Assembly (NCBI GenBank): GCA_964658305.1
Contig: OZ210885.1
Coordinates: 21,080,001-21,144,000 of the forward strand
Direction: 5' to 3'
DNA length: 64,000 nucleotides
From: Leptogorgia sarmentosa
Lineage: Eukaryota
The translations under genes were made by a program, and so were the position numbers. Of this stretch, positions 1 through 13,400 are shown one piece after another. Below the pieces are notes generated by a model. The model did no database searches. It was not told the DNA's origin and saw only the letters and a program-made list of their open reading frames with translations. The stretch's first letter is position 1; each line of letters opens with the position of its first letter.

Positions 1-3000
1 CATAAATTTCTTGAAATCATCATACAATTCATGGACTGTTGGGAGGGATATAGCAAAAAAACAAGTTTCAGCAACAGGCAAAGGGCTGTTATCCTCTTGG
101 AATTTCACCTGCAGAGTACCATTCCGGGGTGGTAAATTGTTCATGGCTGTCCAAAAACAGCAAAGGTCAGTCATGGAAGGTTTGCCTAGATAACAGAAAT
201 GTTCATATTATTGAACAAATACTCATCAGTGACAATGTTCTGGATTGATGTGTATCTCCAATTGCAAATAAATGCGTTTTTGTTATTTTCCATGATTATT
301 TCACCTAATCTTAATACACTGTTAGGACCTAGTTTGACTATTGAAAACGCGAACGTTTAGTACCTTCATCGTATTTCTCCAGTTCGTTGAGGTATTGGTA
401 CAGATACACGATTGTGTCCTCGTGGCCTGTTGGTTCTTCAAAGACGATGGCCTCCTTCATCTGCTCGGCTGTCACGAATCGCATTTCAGACCTCGGGAAC
501 AGGCTTTTTACGACATCAATGCCGCATTTACCCATGAAGTTATGAAACCCAACTTCATTCATGCCTGCAGAGAACAAAAGTTTTGTACACTGTGGCAGGG
601 TTTGGCACTAATTGAGTTTTTTGGGGGGATTTAATTATATGTAAATGCTAGATAAATAGTCCTAACAGCACACCACGCAGGCTATAGTTGACCATAAAAG
701 TTGAATCTCAATTTGTCAGTTTAACAACACTAATTTACTATGAATTTCGGAATTCACTAATTTGAATCACAAAATACTGTGCAAGGCCACTTGTAACTGC
801 ATAGCTTTTGCAATGTCATCCAATTCTCTCCTCCTCTTGTGTATGACAAAGTACACAACCAGACCTTGTATCAGCAACTTCCTGTTTTAAATTTAGCATG
901 TGGATATCTAATCCAGCCTCAAAAATATAGGGCGTGACTCCATCCTTGAGATCATCACTAACAGTTTCATCTTGTGACAGATCTTCAAGCTGCAAAAACG
1001 AAATCACTAGTTATCATCAATATCAACCTGGAACAAGTTGTTGATTTTCTCAATTTTTACGCGTGTACTGCAAGTCAGAACACGGTATTTACATCGGCTT
1101 GGGGTATTTACCTCAGAAGTGGGACACTATTTGCATTTTCACTAATGGCTAGTCTATTCTAATTATAATCATAAATATACAATAGAGTACACTATCTTGG
1201 TACCATTCTATCGCTTGCTGAATACGTTATCACCCCTTTCACAAAGTGTACATTTGTTTAATATTTACCTGCGTGATATATTGTCTCAGTTCAACATCTG
1301 GAATATCCGCCAAACCTAATGTGAGACTTTCCAATAAAAGGTCGTCGACGTCACCGTTTACAGTTAATACCCAATACTGCAAAACTGCTTCGGACAAACC
1401 GTACACGAATGGGCCCCCGAGTGCGAAATCGAGTGACCAATAATTCGGCCAATAGCTGTAAATGCACCTGTGCATCTCAAAGCATGGTCATGCACTGGTA
1501 TTTTATGGTTGTCCTCGCCTTCAAAAAATAGCAAAGGTTTGCCATACTTCTCTAGGCCAACTTCAACGATTTTCATTGCACAGAGAAGAAATTCTCTTAT
1601 TGGGCCATTTCCTACACCTTCTTCACCTTCGAATTTCACTCGAGGTTTGGCAGTGAGCTTTACTCTGGGATTCTTATAGCACCCAAGAACATCTTTCTTC
1701 AGTTCGTCCATACCATCTTCCCGCGAAACAGTAAATCTCTGCCTGGTTAACGATTCATCGATGGTACTTTCTCTGAATTGTTCCAATTCTGATTTACTTG
1801 GATTCATTTTCGGAGGTTCTTCCAGGTACATGGACGTTGTTGCAATCATCTCCCCGTCATCATCACTGTCGGCCACAATGTCATCTAATCCTAAAAAGTT
1901 AATGTGGGATTTTACGATAAATATTCTATATATATATTCTACTCTCATTATATATGTCTAAAGCGGCAAAACACACATGAACCGTACCTAATAAATGTTG
2001 TGCAGCAGCATCAACATCTCCACCCGCATTTGAAAGGGTTGAATCGATTTCGTCTGGAGTAGCTGCAGGCACCACATCCTGAAGTCGTTTCTTAGATTCA
2101 TATGAGCTGAATATGGAACAAATGAAGCATCACAAAATAAAGTTGTTTTTACGCATTTGGTTTTCCATCTTCGTTAGTTATATTACAGGGAATTTTCGCC
2201 TTCATCAGTTCTGTGCAGCATGTCCCGGATGCAAGGTGTTCCCTTTCTCTTTTTTATCTACAAAAATATTAAATATGGCAAAGACGTTTAAAGGCACAGC
2301 ACTAGGCAAATCAATTAAGCATCATTCGAGATCAGTGATTTCATTGTTTTTAACATTTTTAAACCTTTTATTTTATTTGCAACCATGTACTCTAGGTCTG
2401 TAATGTCAAATACATATATGACATATCAATGTTGCGTATTTTTGTTAATTTTTGCTATTTGTGTATACTTGTACACCATGCAACATGTACTGATATAGCG
2501 ATATTCTGTTATATTTCAAACAAAGTGAAAAATCCTGAAAACTGAGCATGGAAATAAAACAGAATTTAAGAGCTCTTTCTTTCAATGTAAATTTCATACC
2601 ATATTTTAATATTTATGGCATATTTCTGAACTTCACACACTGACAACTATTGCCCTCAACGATACTCTACCTGGGGTTCATTGTTGTGCACCAACATGCG
2701 GTGTTCTTCAACAGATCCCATTGGTATTACAGCACTGCACAAGATACATGAAATTACGGGTCCAGCCACTGCGGAGACAAGATGCTGCAAAATTAAGCAT
2801 TTTTGTGTAATGTAATGTAATGTATTATCATAACATGTTCATTCGTTTAATCTAGTATTGTCCTCTAAAAACGTGTATAATTGGCTCTTCCTATCATATA
2901 CAGTATTAATGGCTATAAGCAACTTGTCTTGCAATGGCTTAATTTTTTAAATATTTAGCCGTTGCACGCCCGAAAAACTAACCTCCTCTTCTTCTACATC

Positions 3001-4345
3001 TTCAGCATCACTCTCAGTTTCAATGAGGTCTTTTTGGAGAGGCTTTATGTAGATCTTACATTGCCCAGCCACCACTTTCAATTTCCTGGGCAAATATGGG
3101 TGCTTTAAAACACAAAACGAAGAATTTTCTCCAGCACGGTCATACAATTGTAGATCATATCCACTCTCTGCAAGCTTTGGAAATGCTTCCAAAATTTTCT
3201 CATGGCAATGAGAGCTGTCACCGTTCAAGTCAAACACAATTGACGCATCGCCAAGACCAGCATTGGACAGAGCGGTCCTCTCCTTCACACTCGTCGGTGG
3301 CTTGACAGGGTAACGAGTAGCCAAACATACAAACTTTAACGTGCATGTCTGCCCTGCACTTTGCTTCCTAGATTTTCCTCTTGAGTTCGCTTTACCTCTG
3401 TAACCAAAAAGCCTCTTATGCTCATCAACCTGGCTGCCACCAATTCGTGGTCTTGGTAACGTGATTGTTGGCAGACTAAGTGCAGCACGTGTGTGTGATG
3501 TGCTTGGCTCAGGTGAATTACGCACACTTGGTTGTGATGCACTACCTACAGCATTTGTGCACAAATTGCTCCGCGATGGAGACTCTTGGTGACTCGATTC
3601 TCCTGCTTCTTGATCTTGGTGTGCTGAAATTTGAAATTCTGAATTATCAAATACCACTGGCATTACTGTATTTAAGCTGTCTCCCTACAGTTTCTTGAAA
3701 TATGGTTTAAGCTAATGATTTGGATCAAATCAATGGGTGTTTACCCTTTCAAATTTTGGCATCCCCCAAAAATTCAAATTGTGGCTTATATTTCACAGCT
3801 CACTAGTCACTGCGAGTAATAACTGTGCTTGATATATAATTTGTGCTATTTGCTTTTAATGTCAAAAAATAAATGGCAAATGAAATTATAAAAGGCTGAT
3901 GGACCGGAAAGAAAAGTGAGCAAAATTATGCTAATTCACCTTTCTGACACTGAAAAGTGAAAAACACGTGACCTTGCGTTAAAAATAGCATCGATTCGAC
4001 TCGGACAAACATTGCGGAGAAAGTCTATACATTCTATTACACGTGCGTTCAAGTACTATAAAATTACACCACATGGCCTCATGATTTAAGAAATAAAGAA
4101 AACCGTCTGCCTTTCTGCCGCATCAAAAGTTCACGTTGACGCACACATTGTTTTTGCCCTTACACTCTAAATATTAAAATGTATCGATAATTTATAATGC
4201 GACTATTAGGAATTTTTATAATATAATCTAATAAATAAAATAATATTATCAATTTTTATACATTACCAGCTGTTGACTGTTGTCTCAATCGCTCAGCAAC
4301 TTCCAACAAAGCATCTCTTGCTGAGATTATAGCCTCTTTGTTCAT
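1..4345 (-). pseudogene. Multi-exon HECT E3 ubiquitin ligase (G2E3-like), frameshifted
   Basis: HECT N-lobe RVKFEGEEGVGNGPIREF lies in ORF 1364-1948. The C-lobe with catalytic Cys, LPVAETCFFAISLPTVH, is at 1-188. A CUE/UBA-like exon (EIDSTLSNAGGDVDAAAQHLL) lies at ~1990-2110 and a CxxC..H..H exon at ~2670-2786. The N-terminal exon is 2982-3684 and the probable first exon MNKEAIIS starts at 4345. Boundaries are GT-AG; there is a frameshift near 1420. Confidence 0.8.
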
Positions 4346-4548
4346 TCTAAAATCTAGCTACACGATCTTGCGTGTTTTGTGTCTGAAGCGTAACAGCGAC
4401 TAGAATATGCGGCGAATCCGATCCTCTGCTTGCTGCCGTCATGTATTTGCATTAGTGGCGTCATGTGATATGTTCTGCTCTGGACCACAGCTCAGTGGTC
4501 TGGACACGAATGAATTTGGCAGGGGGGTTGTCTTGTGTTAGCTTAATT

Positions 4549-4954
4549 AATATTGGCGGAGATTTGACGCTATCGTTTAGCTCCGCCAATATTCAACATG
4601 CGATGATTTTTTTTCAACATATTTTGAACGTTGAAGTTGCGATGGGTGCTAAATTCGCGGCATGTTCAATGTCCGGTTTAACTTCAATGTCAAAACCACA
4701 TGGGTGTTCAATGTCTTATTTCACTTCAATGTCGAAAATATGTTGAATGTTCTGTCCTATTTATCTTCAATGTCGAAAGCACGTAGGTGCTGAATGTCCT
4801 ATTTTACTTCAATGTCGAAAATATGTTGAATGTAATGCATGTTCAATGTCAGATTTATCCTCAATGTCGAAAGCACGTAGGTGCTGAATGTCCTATTTTA
4901 CTTCAATGTCGAAAGCATGATATACATGAATATTGGCGGTGATATGACGCCATA
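4549..4954. repeat. Subterminal imperfect repeats (TTCAATGTC units)
   Basis: Many copies of ttcaatgtc(gaaa), bracketed by aatattggcgg at 4549 and 4929. Confidence 0.75.
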
Positions 4955-5559
4955 TTTGAAAAGTTTAATATGGTACAGATGATGTTTCAGTGGTCAACTC
5001 AGACAATTCAGACTTGTTGTATAGATTGTGCATAACTCTATAGTTCATAGTTGTGCACAAGTGCTTTAAATGATTGCAAAGCCCAGTCGAGATGCTGAAA
5101 TGCACTAATGTTTGGACACTGTCTTCGTCAAACTATTATTCAACTTTGAACACAAAGAAATCAGATTTAGCAGAACATGTGTGTACCAAACACATGGTTA
5201 CATGGGAAATTAATATTCCAAAATCATTACCACTAAAACTTCCTCTGGTCCTACACATTTAGCATATTAGTTTTATACTAATCATGCTTCAAATAGAAAT
5301 GATGTAAGTTATTTACAGCAAGAGTACCTCAACCTTGTTGGTAAGTAAGATGGGACTTTAGATCATTCCTGATGCAGATACTAGACTGGAGTGTTGAAAC
5401 ACTAGTTTGTAAATTTAGGCAATTTATTTGACTGGTATTTGCATTCATTTTCATTTAGCCTGTGCAGGAAGCAATACTACATAATTTAATATCATACCTG
5501 TAACTGGTCGCCCTAAAGAAACAAACTTTATTTAAGCTAAAAAGAAGTATTTCAAAATT

Positions 5560-6270
5560 ACCTGGATGGTCAAATCTCATGATCATTTTTGCTTCATGTT
5601 CTACAACAGAAGATTTTGCATGTGCCTTGAAATACTTCACAGCCACTGCTTGTCCCCTATACATTTTTTTCTTGCATTTACCAAATACACCCTCGCCAAT
5701 CTTTATCTTTGTGTCTTCAACATCTCCCAAACTATCTGGTTGGATCTGATGCATCAGGCTACAGCTTAATATTAAATAGATAACTCATAATTTCATACGA
5801 GACAGATCATGCAAATAACAATTTGCTTTGGAATTGGAATATCCTGCAGCAGTGCCCCAGAGCAATTCAAGGAATTTTGAGTTGTTGCTGCATTGTGTAA
5901 GGCAAAATTTATCTTGATATATGGAAAGAAGTTAACCCCAGGGGAAGGGAGAAACCTGTCTATGTAAATGGTTTGCCTAGGCCCACTACAGGGACAGCTT
6001 TTGAGAACTAAGCATTAGGACAGAAACAGTATTTCTTTGTGTTGTTTTAGTTATAATTATACAATTACGATTACTTACAGGACAACGTTACTTCTCTCCA
6101 ATTATTTTCTGCACGCAAAGATGATTCTATGATTTCGCCAGCTCGCACCTTGTCGACTTGTTTCGTTACTCGATCTAAAAGTTTTAATTTCTTTTGCTTC
6201 TTTGATATTGTGTTTTCTTTACGTTTTTTCTTTCTTCTCTCGCGCTTCTTGCGCCTTATCTCTTCACTCG
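5560..6270 (-). pseudogene. Protein kinase gene fragment (subdomains I-IV) with an upstream Lys-rich exon
   Basis: IGEGVFG..VAVK..EHEAK..FDHP in ORF 5455-5754 ends at a GT donor (~5560). An upstream exon ends at GTAAGT near 6078. Confidence 0.7.
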
Positions 6271-6822
6271 TATTTGGTCGTGATAATCGACGTTGTTAAG
6301 CGTTCGAATTCTGTGCTGTTGGTGGTGGGATTTCTCCCACATTGCTGTACATCCCACTGTTAGTATATGCGCCCTCACTGCGTGGAAAACCTCGCTAGAA
6401 TGTGCCATTCCGGCCGGTTTTGCACAAGCTCTCAACCACCAGACAGTTTAAAACGTAAACAACGTGTGAAAAAAATTTTAAATTAAGTGGAACACAATCG
6501 AACTCAAAATTTTGACGGGCGATGGCAGGCAAACAGCACCCCGTGCAGCTGGTGTTTCCATGACACGAATACGTCTTTCTTCGATGCACCATTTTGTCAT
6601 GCAGTAAAAAATCTGATTCACATATGTTCAGGTTTATGTTAGGTAGTTCAGTGTTCATGTTACTTAGGTTCGGCTGTTCATGTTATTCTCCTTCCGTCTT
6701 TTAGCCTTGTATGAAAATTGATGCAGGTTTAATTTTCTTTGGACTTTATATAATATTTTCCCAAGGCAACGAAAACAAAATAGTGGGAACTATGGCAAGC
6801 CAAACATGTCAAAAGTGTTAAA

Positions 6823-7625
6823 CTAGAAATACATGCAGCAACCCCTCGCCTTACTGACCAATTACATTTTTGGAACATGAAGTACTCCAAAGGCTGCCTG
6901 AGGTTGTTGTCATGGCAACACGATCGGAATTCATATTTCTGTATTTTTTGAAAACTGTCAAATATCCGCTTTTATCTTTGTTTTATTGGCATTTTTTTTA
7001 AATTCCGAGAGCCATTTGTTATCCGTACGTTGTTAAGACTAATATAAACTTGAATTTGGTGCGAAATACTACATTTATTTGTACAAAACGTATTAAATAT
7101 AAAATATACAAGTCAGTCTTTGATACGAAACAATTTCCAGCCAATGTTCGCTCGTGTTCTTTTGGGGTAAAGTTTGTAAATATTTTGTGAAGTCTTGCCT
7201 TTAAAACGATAAACTTATACTCTGGAATTGAGCTGTGAATAGATTAAATGCGGCTACGGCGACCTTTCATGCAAATAGTAGACTGTAAATAGTAAATACG
7301 CAAAACAAACGTTCATTGCTGGCAACATATTGACGAACTTATCTTGTATTTCAATCCGTAGTCGTTTGTGCCCCTTTCTCAGCGTTTTATATCTTCTGAG
7401 AAGGCTTTTCAAGTCCTACAGCGTAGATCTTGTCTTTATTTTTGCCTTTCCAAAAGCTTCAAGCCTTTAAAAAGCGTTGGCTCGTCATGATGGTCCAGCA
7501 TAATTTTGAGATCAGTGATAACCCAAAATGGCCGCCAAATCGAGGAACTTTGGACACGCTATAGCGGAATTGTTACCCTCACCCTGGGCTAACGCCCGGA
7601 CGGCGCTTTGCGCCATGGCTCGGGG
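6823..7625 (-). mobile_element. Non-autonomous Helentron/Helitron-like insertion inside the TIR
   Basis: Absent from the TIR copy at 49787, with no TSD. Minus-strand ends are TTATCCCC..GAGGGTAA and ..CTAGTT, in a T-rich target. Confidence 0.5.
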
Positions 7626-7908
7626 ATAATAGAAATTGTAAGTTGAAATACAATGTTTGGTAGTTGAGATTTAAAATTCAGTTGACGAGTTTGAAAATTA
7701 ACACGTTGAGAAAATAAATAGTAGTCGAGAATAAAAATTTACTGGTTGAGATTAAAAATTTGCACGTTGAGATTTATGAAGCACTGTATGAGTAATATTA
7801 TTCACGCAATGCTGAAAGTGTTATATGCGAGAAAAAAAAATTGATGTGTGAGAAAAAGTGTGGTTGAGTTCGTACCCAGTCTTAGTAAATAAACACGATC
7901 AAATCAAA

Positions 7909-8780
7909 ATGGCAGAGGATCAGGTTGGAGATCTTAGAGAGTTCTTTTCCTCTTTACTTGAAATTCTTCATAGGACCGATAGAGTTAGTGTTTCTTTAGA
8001 CACCGTTCAACTAGAGTTATGCGAGAGGAGACTTGAGGGCAGCCTTGGTATTATTCTAGCACTTTCTTCAGCTGTAGATGAAGCATCAAGTCTTAAAGAC
8101 CTTTTAGATGGATTAACTGATATTCTAACTGCTAAACTGTTGAAGACAGGATTTATTTTAAATTTGCTGAGAAATGCTGTCGTTGCAGAAAACCTGTACC
8201 AAGATGCTCTTCCAAGTACAGGGGGGAGACCAGCATATAATGTAACGAAAGAGCAGATCAATCAACTTCGCGAGACTGGTATGAATTGGAGAGCCGTGGC
8301 GAAGGTCCTTAGGATAAGCGACAGCACATTGTATAGGCGTAGGCTGGAGTTAAACGTGGCTGAGACATTCTCACCAATTCAGGATGATGAACTTGACCGC
8401 ATAATTCAAGATATATTGAGCTCCCTACAGTGGTGAAAGCTATGTTAAAGGAGCCCTCCGGGGTCGAGGAATTGTAGTTCAGAGAGCTAGAATAAGAGAA
8501 AGTCTCTTTCGTATTGACCCTGTTGGGAGGGCAATAAGATGACGACATCAGATTGTCAGGAGAACATACAATGTTACTTCCTCAAACCACCTCTGGCATA
8601 TAGACTCCAATCATAAACTGATCTCTTGGAGATTCGTCATCCATGGATGTATCGATGGCTTTAGTCGTGCAATTATTTATCTCCATTGCTGTGCGGACAA
8701 CAAAGCCTTATCAGTTTTGGAATTTTTTGAAGGTGGTGTCCATGACTTTGGTCTTCCTAAGAGGGTCCGTGCTGACCGTG
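7909..8780 (+). pseudogene. IS3EU-type integrase-core DDE transposase, frameshifted and truncated
   Basis: HTH region GMNWRAVAKVLRISDSTLYRRR. After a frameshift (~8425) it reads [47 protein letters not shown], with an in-frame stop near 8540. Confidence 0.85.
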
Positions 8781-9385
8781 CTTAATTGTTTTAATGAAGC
8801 ACATGATAAGTTCGACGTATGAAACGAATTAGGTTCACCCTAAATGTTAAGCTCGACCTAAACTTTAGGTTCAACTGCTCTGGTTGAGCTTGGTCGAGCT
8901 TGGTCGAACCTAATAAACATGAAGTTCGGCACATGAAAAGTTCGACGTCTGAAACGGGCCTTAATAGTGTCTTGAGGTATATGTTCACAGGCAACATACA
9001 TTTAGAAAACTTTACTATGACAAAGATTTTCGACCCGCGACAAAAATTTTCGACCCGCAACAAAAATTTCCGACCTGCGACAAAAACCCGCGACCCGCGA
9101 CAATTAGATTCTCTCATAAAATATGCTAGATTTACATCAATGATTAAAGGTAGCATAAAGGTAAAAATTGTCTCCTTTACTCTCATTTAAGTATTTTGGT
9201 TAAATGCGATAAAATTTATCATAGCATTGCAGACATGGTTAAATGGCAATAAAGATAACTTTACCAATTCTTTAATTATTATATGTTCACCATTATTTGA
9301 GTAATGTATAGGAGCCATTAACAAAATTTAACCTACATTTACATTAAAAGTGTAATGCCGTTATTACCAAGCTTTACAAATTCGG

Positions 9386-10356
9386 CTAAAGGGAGCGTAA
9401 AGGTACCTTTCAAACTTTTACAGCGAAAAGTTAAAGTTCAATAAAGGGACTATTAACATGCCTTTATTTTATCATTATCATGGTATTAATGTTGCAATTT
9501 CGCCCTGTGGAAATAGTGCCTCATTTCGCCATTGCCTGCCCTCTCGAGTTTGTTCCCCCTTCTTTTTTCACACTTTCAACTTTGCTTCAAAAAAGTTACC
9601 ATTGGATAAGTAGGAACATAACTTTTAACGGTGGATCTCTTGGCTCGTGCATCGATGAAGAATGCAGCCAGCTGCGATACGTAGTGTGAATTGCAGAATT
9701 CAGTGAATCATCGAATTTTTGAACGCAAATGATGCTCTTGGCTATACCGGGAGCATGTCTGTCTGAGTGTTGGTTTTCAAGAAAAGAGCAAGCGAGCGAC
9801 CGTGTCGTCCCCTTGGCCTTGAATGAGGTTGTCGCTCGTTCCAACGAGGGCCCCTCGAATTGCAGCATGTCCGACGCCCGTGTGTTGTGCGGACAAGGCC
9901 CAGAACGATTTGTCCTTGTGAGCGCGACGTTTGTCGTTCGTTCATTCATTCCACACATCATCCACTTTACCTCAGATCAGGCAAGATTACCTGCTGAATT
10001 TAAGCATATTACTAAGCAGAGGAAAAGAAACTAACAAGGATTCCCCCAGTAATGGCGAATGAAGAGGGAATAGCTCAACTTGAAAATCTCCGTTGTGTTG
10101 CAATGGCAAATTGTAGGTTCGAGAAGTACTTTTCCGGCGCATCAGGCATGCCTAAGTTGCTTGGAACAGCACGTCATAGAGGGACGTAGCAATGCCCGAG
10201 CGCTTACGATGTGCTTTCGAACAGTCGGGTTGTTTGGGAATGCAGCCCAAAACGGGTGGTAAACTCCATTCTTACTGCCGAATGGACTTTTTCCAAGGAT
10301 CAATGTAATCACATTTACTTTCTATAACTCTATATATTAACACTATAACTGCCACT
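9386..10356 (+). repeat. Cassette duplicated in inverted orientation at 38053-39042
   Basis: Direct comparison shows the same non-rDNA flanks and the same rDNA junctions in both copies. Confidence 0.95.
9510..10269 (+). rRNA. rDNA pseudogene: ITS1 end, 5.8S (~9620-9773), ITS2, 28S 5' end (~9967-10269)
   Basis: Contains gcatcgatgaagaatgcagc and gctgaatttaagcatat, with substitutions in conserved sites and a deletion near 10182. Confidence 0.95.
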
Positions 10357-10492
10357 AGGGCTTCAATACTAACTGGTTTTCACATTCAAAATTTTGTTCA
10401 CAACTGCCTTAAAACTGAAAAATCGTCCACGCTATCCGGCCTTTTTAAAACACAGGCGGGTAATTAATACTAATTTGCATGCTACACACCTT

Positions 10493-13400
10493 TGTCCGGG
10501 ATTTTGTTGTAACATGAAGTACAAAAACTAGAACAGTGACGTCACGGCAGGGTGCGTGACTCAGTGCATGGAAAATATGTTGTTGATGTTTTTGTTGTGA
10601 AGGGGAGAACGGTGAATTATATTATCAAAAAACGTATATCTTGTGATTGTTTGGGGATACATCCTGGGAGGCGGGAGTTCCCAACACTTGGCACCTCCGA
10701 CGGGATATATAAACGATCTTGCGATTTAATTTCAATATTCAAACGAGTTTTCGGTGAGCGGTGAGTCGAATATGGAAGAGGCCGTGGCGAAATTAAAGAC
10801 AAAACTTACTCAACTGAGCATCACAGCGGAAAGGACAGTGTCTATCGTGGATAATGGTCGAGTAGAAGTGATAGAAAGACATCAGAAAACACTAAAAACG
10901 GTGATAAATGAAGCCAGTCAACTGCGTATAGAAATCGAAGCGTACAAGATAGCGAACGAAGTAAATAACGAGGAACTAAGTGCCTGGAATACAAGCATAG
11001 AATCGCAAATCGCAGCAGCTGATCGAAGTGTGGAAACATTAGAACAATGGCTCGATAATCGAAGGGTTGAACAAGAATCACAAGAGAGAGAAGAGCAGAT
11101 AAGATTCGAAGTAAAATTGCAGGAAACAAAAGCTAAAATCCAAGCAGAACTTGACGGAAATAAGGTCAGTTCGCAGCAGTCTCCAAGCGAGTCAGCAAAT
11201 GTTCAAGCAAAGTTACCCAAATTGGTAATTACTAAATTTAGCGGGTCGTTTACCGACTGGAATAGATTCTGGGGTCAGTTCACTGAGTCAATCGACAAAT
11301 CCAGTTTGGCACCAATCACCAAATTCTCGTACCTAAGAGAACTGTTGAGTGACAAGGTTAAGAAAACCGTGGAAGCCCTACCGTACACACCAGAAGGCTA
11401 CAATAGGGCGGTGGCCATCCTTAAGGATCGGTATGGAAAGGAGTGTGAGATCATCAAAGCGTATGTTAAGGAAATTCTAGAGCTTCCACCAGTTCTTACG
11501 GTGGACGTGAGAAAGATTCATGAGTTTTCAGAGAAGTTAACATATAGCGTACAATCTCTCCAGACTATGAATAAACTTTCTCAAGTAGACGGTGCAGTAG
11601 CCATGACCTTAGATAAATTGCCGGCAATCCGAGGTGACCTTGTTCGGACCGACACTGGATGGGAGGAATGGGACCTTGCACAGCTCACTGAGGCTCTTCA
11701 GCTTTGGACTAGGAGGAATCCAATCACTGACAATGTTAACGCAGGAGACCGAGAACGGAAACGAGAAAGAGGAGGTCGAAATTATAATACGCGTCAGGGC
11801 GGAGTGGCTCCAAAGGCGTGTGCGTATTGTAATGTGGCTGATCATAAATCGATAAACTGCCCAACAGTGAAAACGGCCGAGGAACGGAGGAAAATCCTAG
11901 CAAATAAAAAACTATGCTTTAACTGCACTGGACCATCCCACCGAGCAGCGGCATGTAAGAGTACTGCGACGTGCTACCATTGCTCCCGGAGACACCACAC
12001 CTCCATATGTGATAGCCCGAAGAATACGGAGGGATTCATGTCTGCCCACAGTGATGGAGACAACCAAGTTGTTTACCCAATTGTTGTGATCGAAGTCGAC
12101 GGAATAAAGACACGGGCGCTGCTTGACACTGGGTCTGGAAGCTGTTACGCGTCAGCGAAATTGATCGAAGCCTTGAACAAACCGCCGAAGATAGTACAGA
12201 CAAAACGTATACAAATGATGCTGGGAGCAACAACTACAAAAGTGGAGATATTTCCTGCAACTGTAAAGGGCGTTAATGGTGGATTTACTATGGAGGTGGA
12301 GCTAACGAAAGTCCATAAGCCACATCTGATGGAGATCGATAACCCGCGGTATGCAGAGCTGCTCAGCAAGTATAACCACTTAAAGGGAGTGAAGATTGAT
12401 GATGTGGATGATAAACCACGTGGTCCTCGGGGTGAACGAGTATGCCAACATCAAGACAACATCAGCGCCACGGGTTGGAGAGTGCGGGCAGCCGATTGCT
12501 GAGCGTACTCGCCTTGGTTGGGTGCTCATGTCGCCTGGTAGAGAAGAAGTGACGAGTCCACTCTTCCTACGCGGTCAGTCAGCACGGATTACGAACAGCT
12601 GTGCGCATTGGATGTTCTTGGGCTTGCTGACACACCAGAAAATGATCAAGATACGGTGTATCAGGAATTTAAGGAACAGCTTCAACGAGACCCGGCTGGT
12701 TGGTATGAGACAAACTTACCTTGGAAGGCCAACCATCCAACACTACCCACCAACGAAGTTGGCAGCAAACGAAGATTACAGCAACTAGTTAAACGGCTTG
12801 AGCGAAGTGGAGGCTATGAAGAATACAACACCATAATTCAGGAACAGCTTCAGAGTGGGGTGATCGAAAAGGCGCCGAAAGAGCCAGCTGGGAAGGAATA
12901 TTACATGCCACACAAAGGAGTCTCCAGAGCGAATGCTGAAAGCACTAAGTTACATGTGGTGTATGATGCGTCGGCGCGGGAAAACGTGAAACAGCCATCC
13001 TTGAATGATTGCCTGAACCCAGGACCCCCCCTGCAAAACTTACTTTGGAACATTCTCATAAGATCGCAATTCCACCCAATCTTGTTAACTGGTGACCTGC
13101 AGAAAGCGTTCCTCCAGATTAGGATACCGATCTATTTACCAGACAGCCATCCATTTACCCATTTATCGACTTTGCACGGCGGCGTGTCCTTGACGATGGC
13201 GAAAGTGCGAGAAGTCTTTTGGATACCACGGTTGCGCAGCTTAGTCAAGAAAGTCAGAAGAGCGTGTTGGGGCTGCAAGCGATCAGGGTCCAGGCGTATA
13301 ACGCACCACCACCAGGAAATCTTCCGAACACTAGGACTCAAGGAACTGCGCCTTTTCAGGTTATTGGAGTGGACTTCGCGGGCCCCATTTACTACAGATC

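Larger units (their letters stand above)
1..4954 (-). mobile_element. IS3EU-like DNA transposon end (family 1) with inward-reading HECT gene; other end outside window
   Basis: The minus-strand terminus reads TATGGCGTCATATC (CCATA at 4950-4954) and is followed inward by subterminal repeats and then a HECT gene. The layout matches the element end at 49787. TAY..RTA ends are recalled as an IS3EU trait. Confidence 0.55.
6791..8780 (+). mobile_element. IS3EU-like DNA transposon (family 2), transposase-side end
   Basis: Starts TATGGCAAGCC after GGGAAC. Segments 6791-6822 plus 7626-7880 match 49787-49990 (long TIR). A transposase follows. Confidence 0.75.

Noticed and set aside
8781..9385. ORFs 8791-9186 and 8900-9190
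   Set aside because: Built from short repeats (agttcgac, cgacccgcgac) typical of MITE remnants, and boundaries could not be defined.
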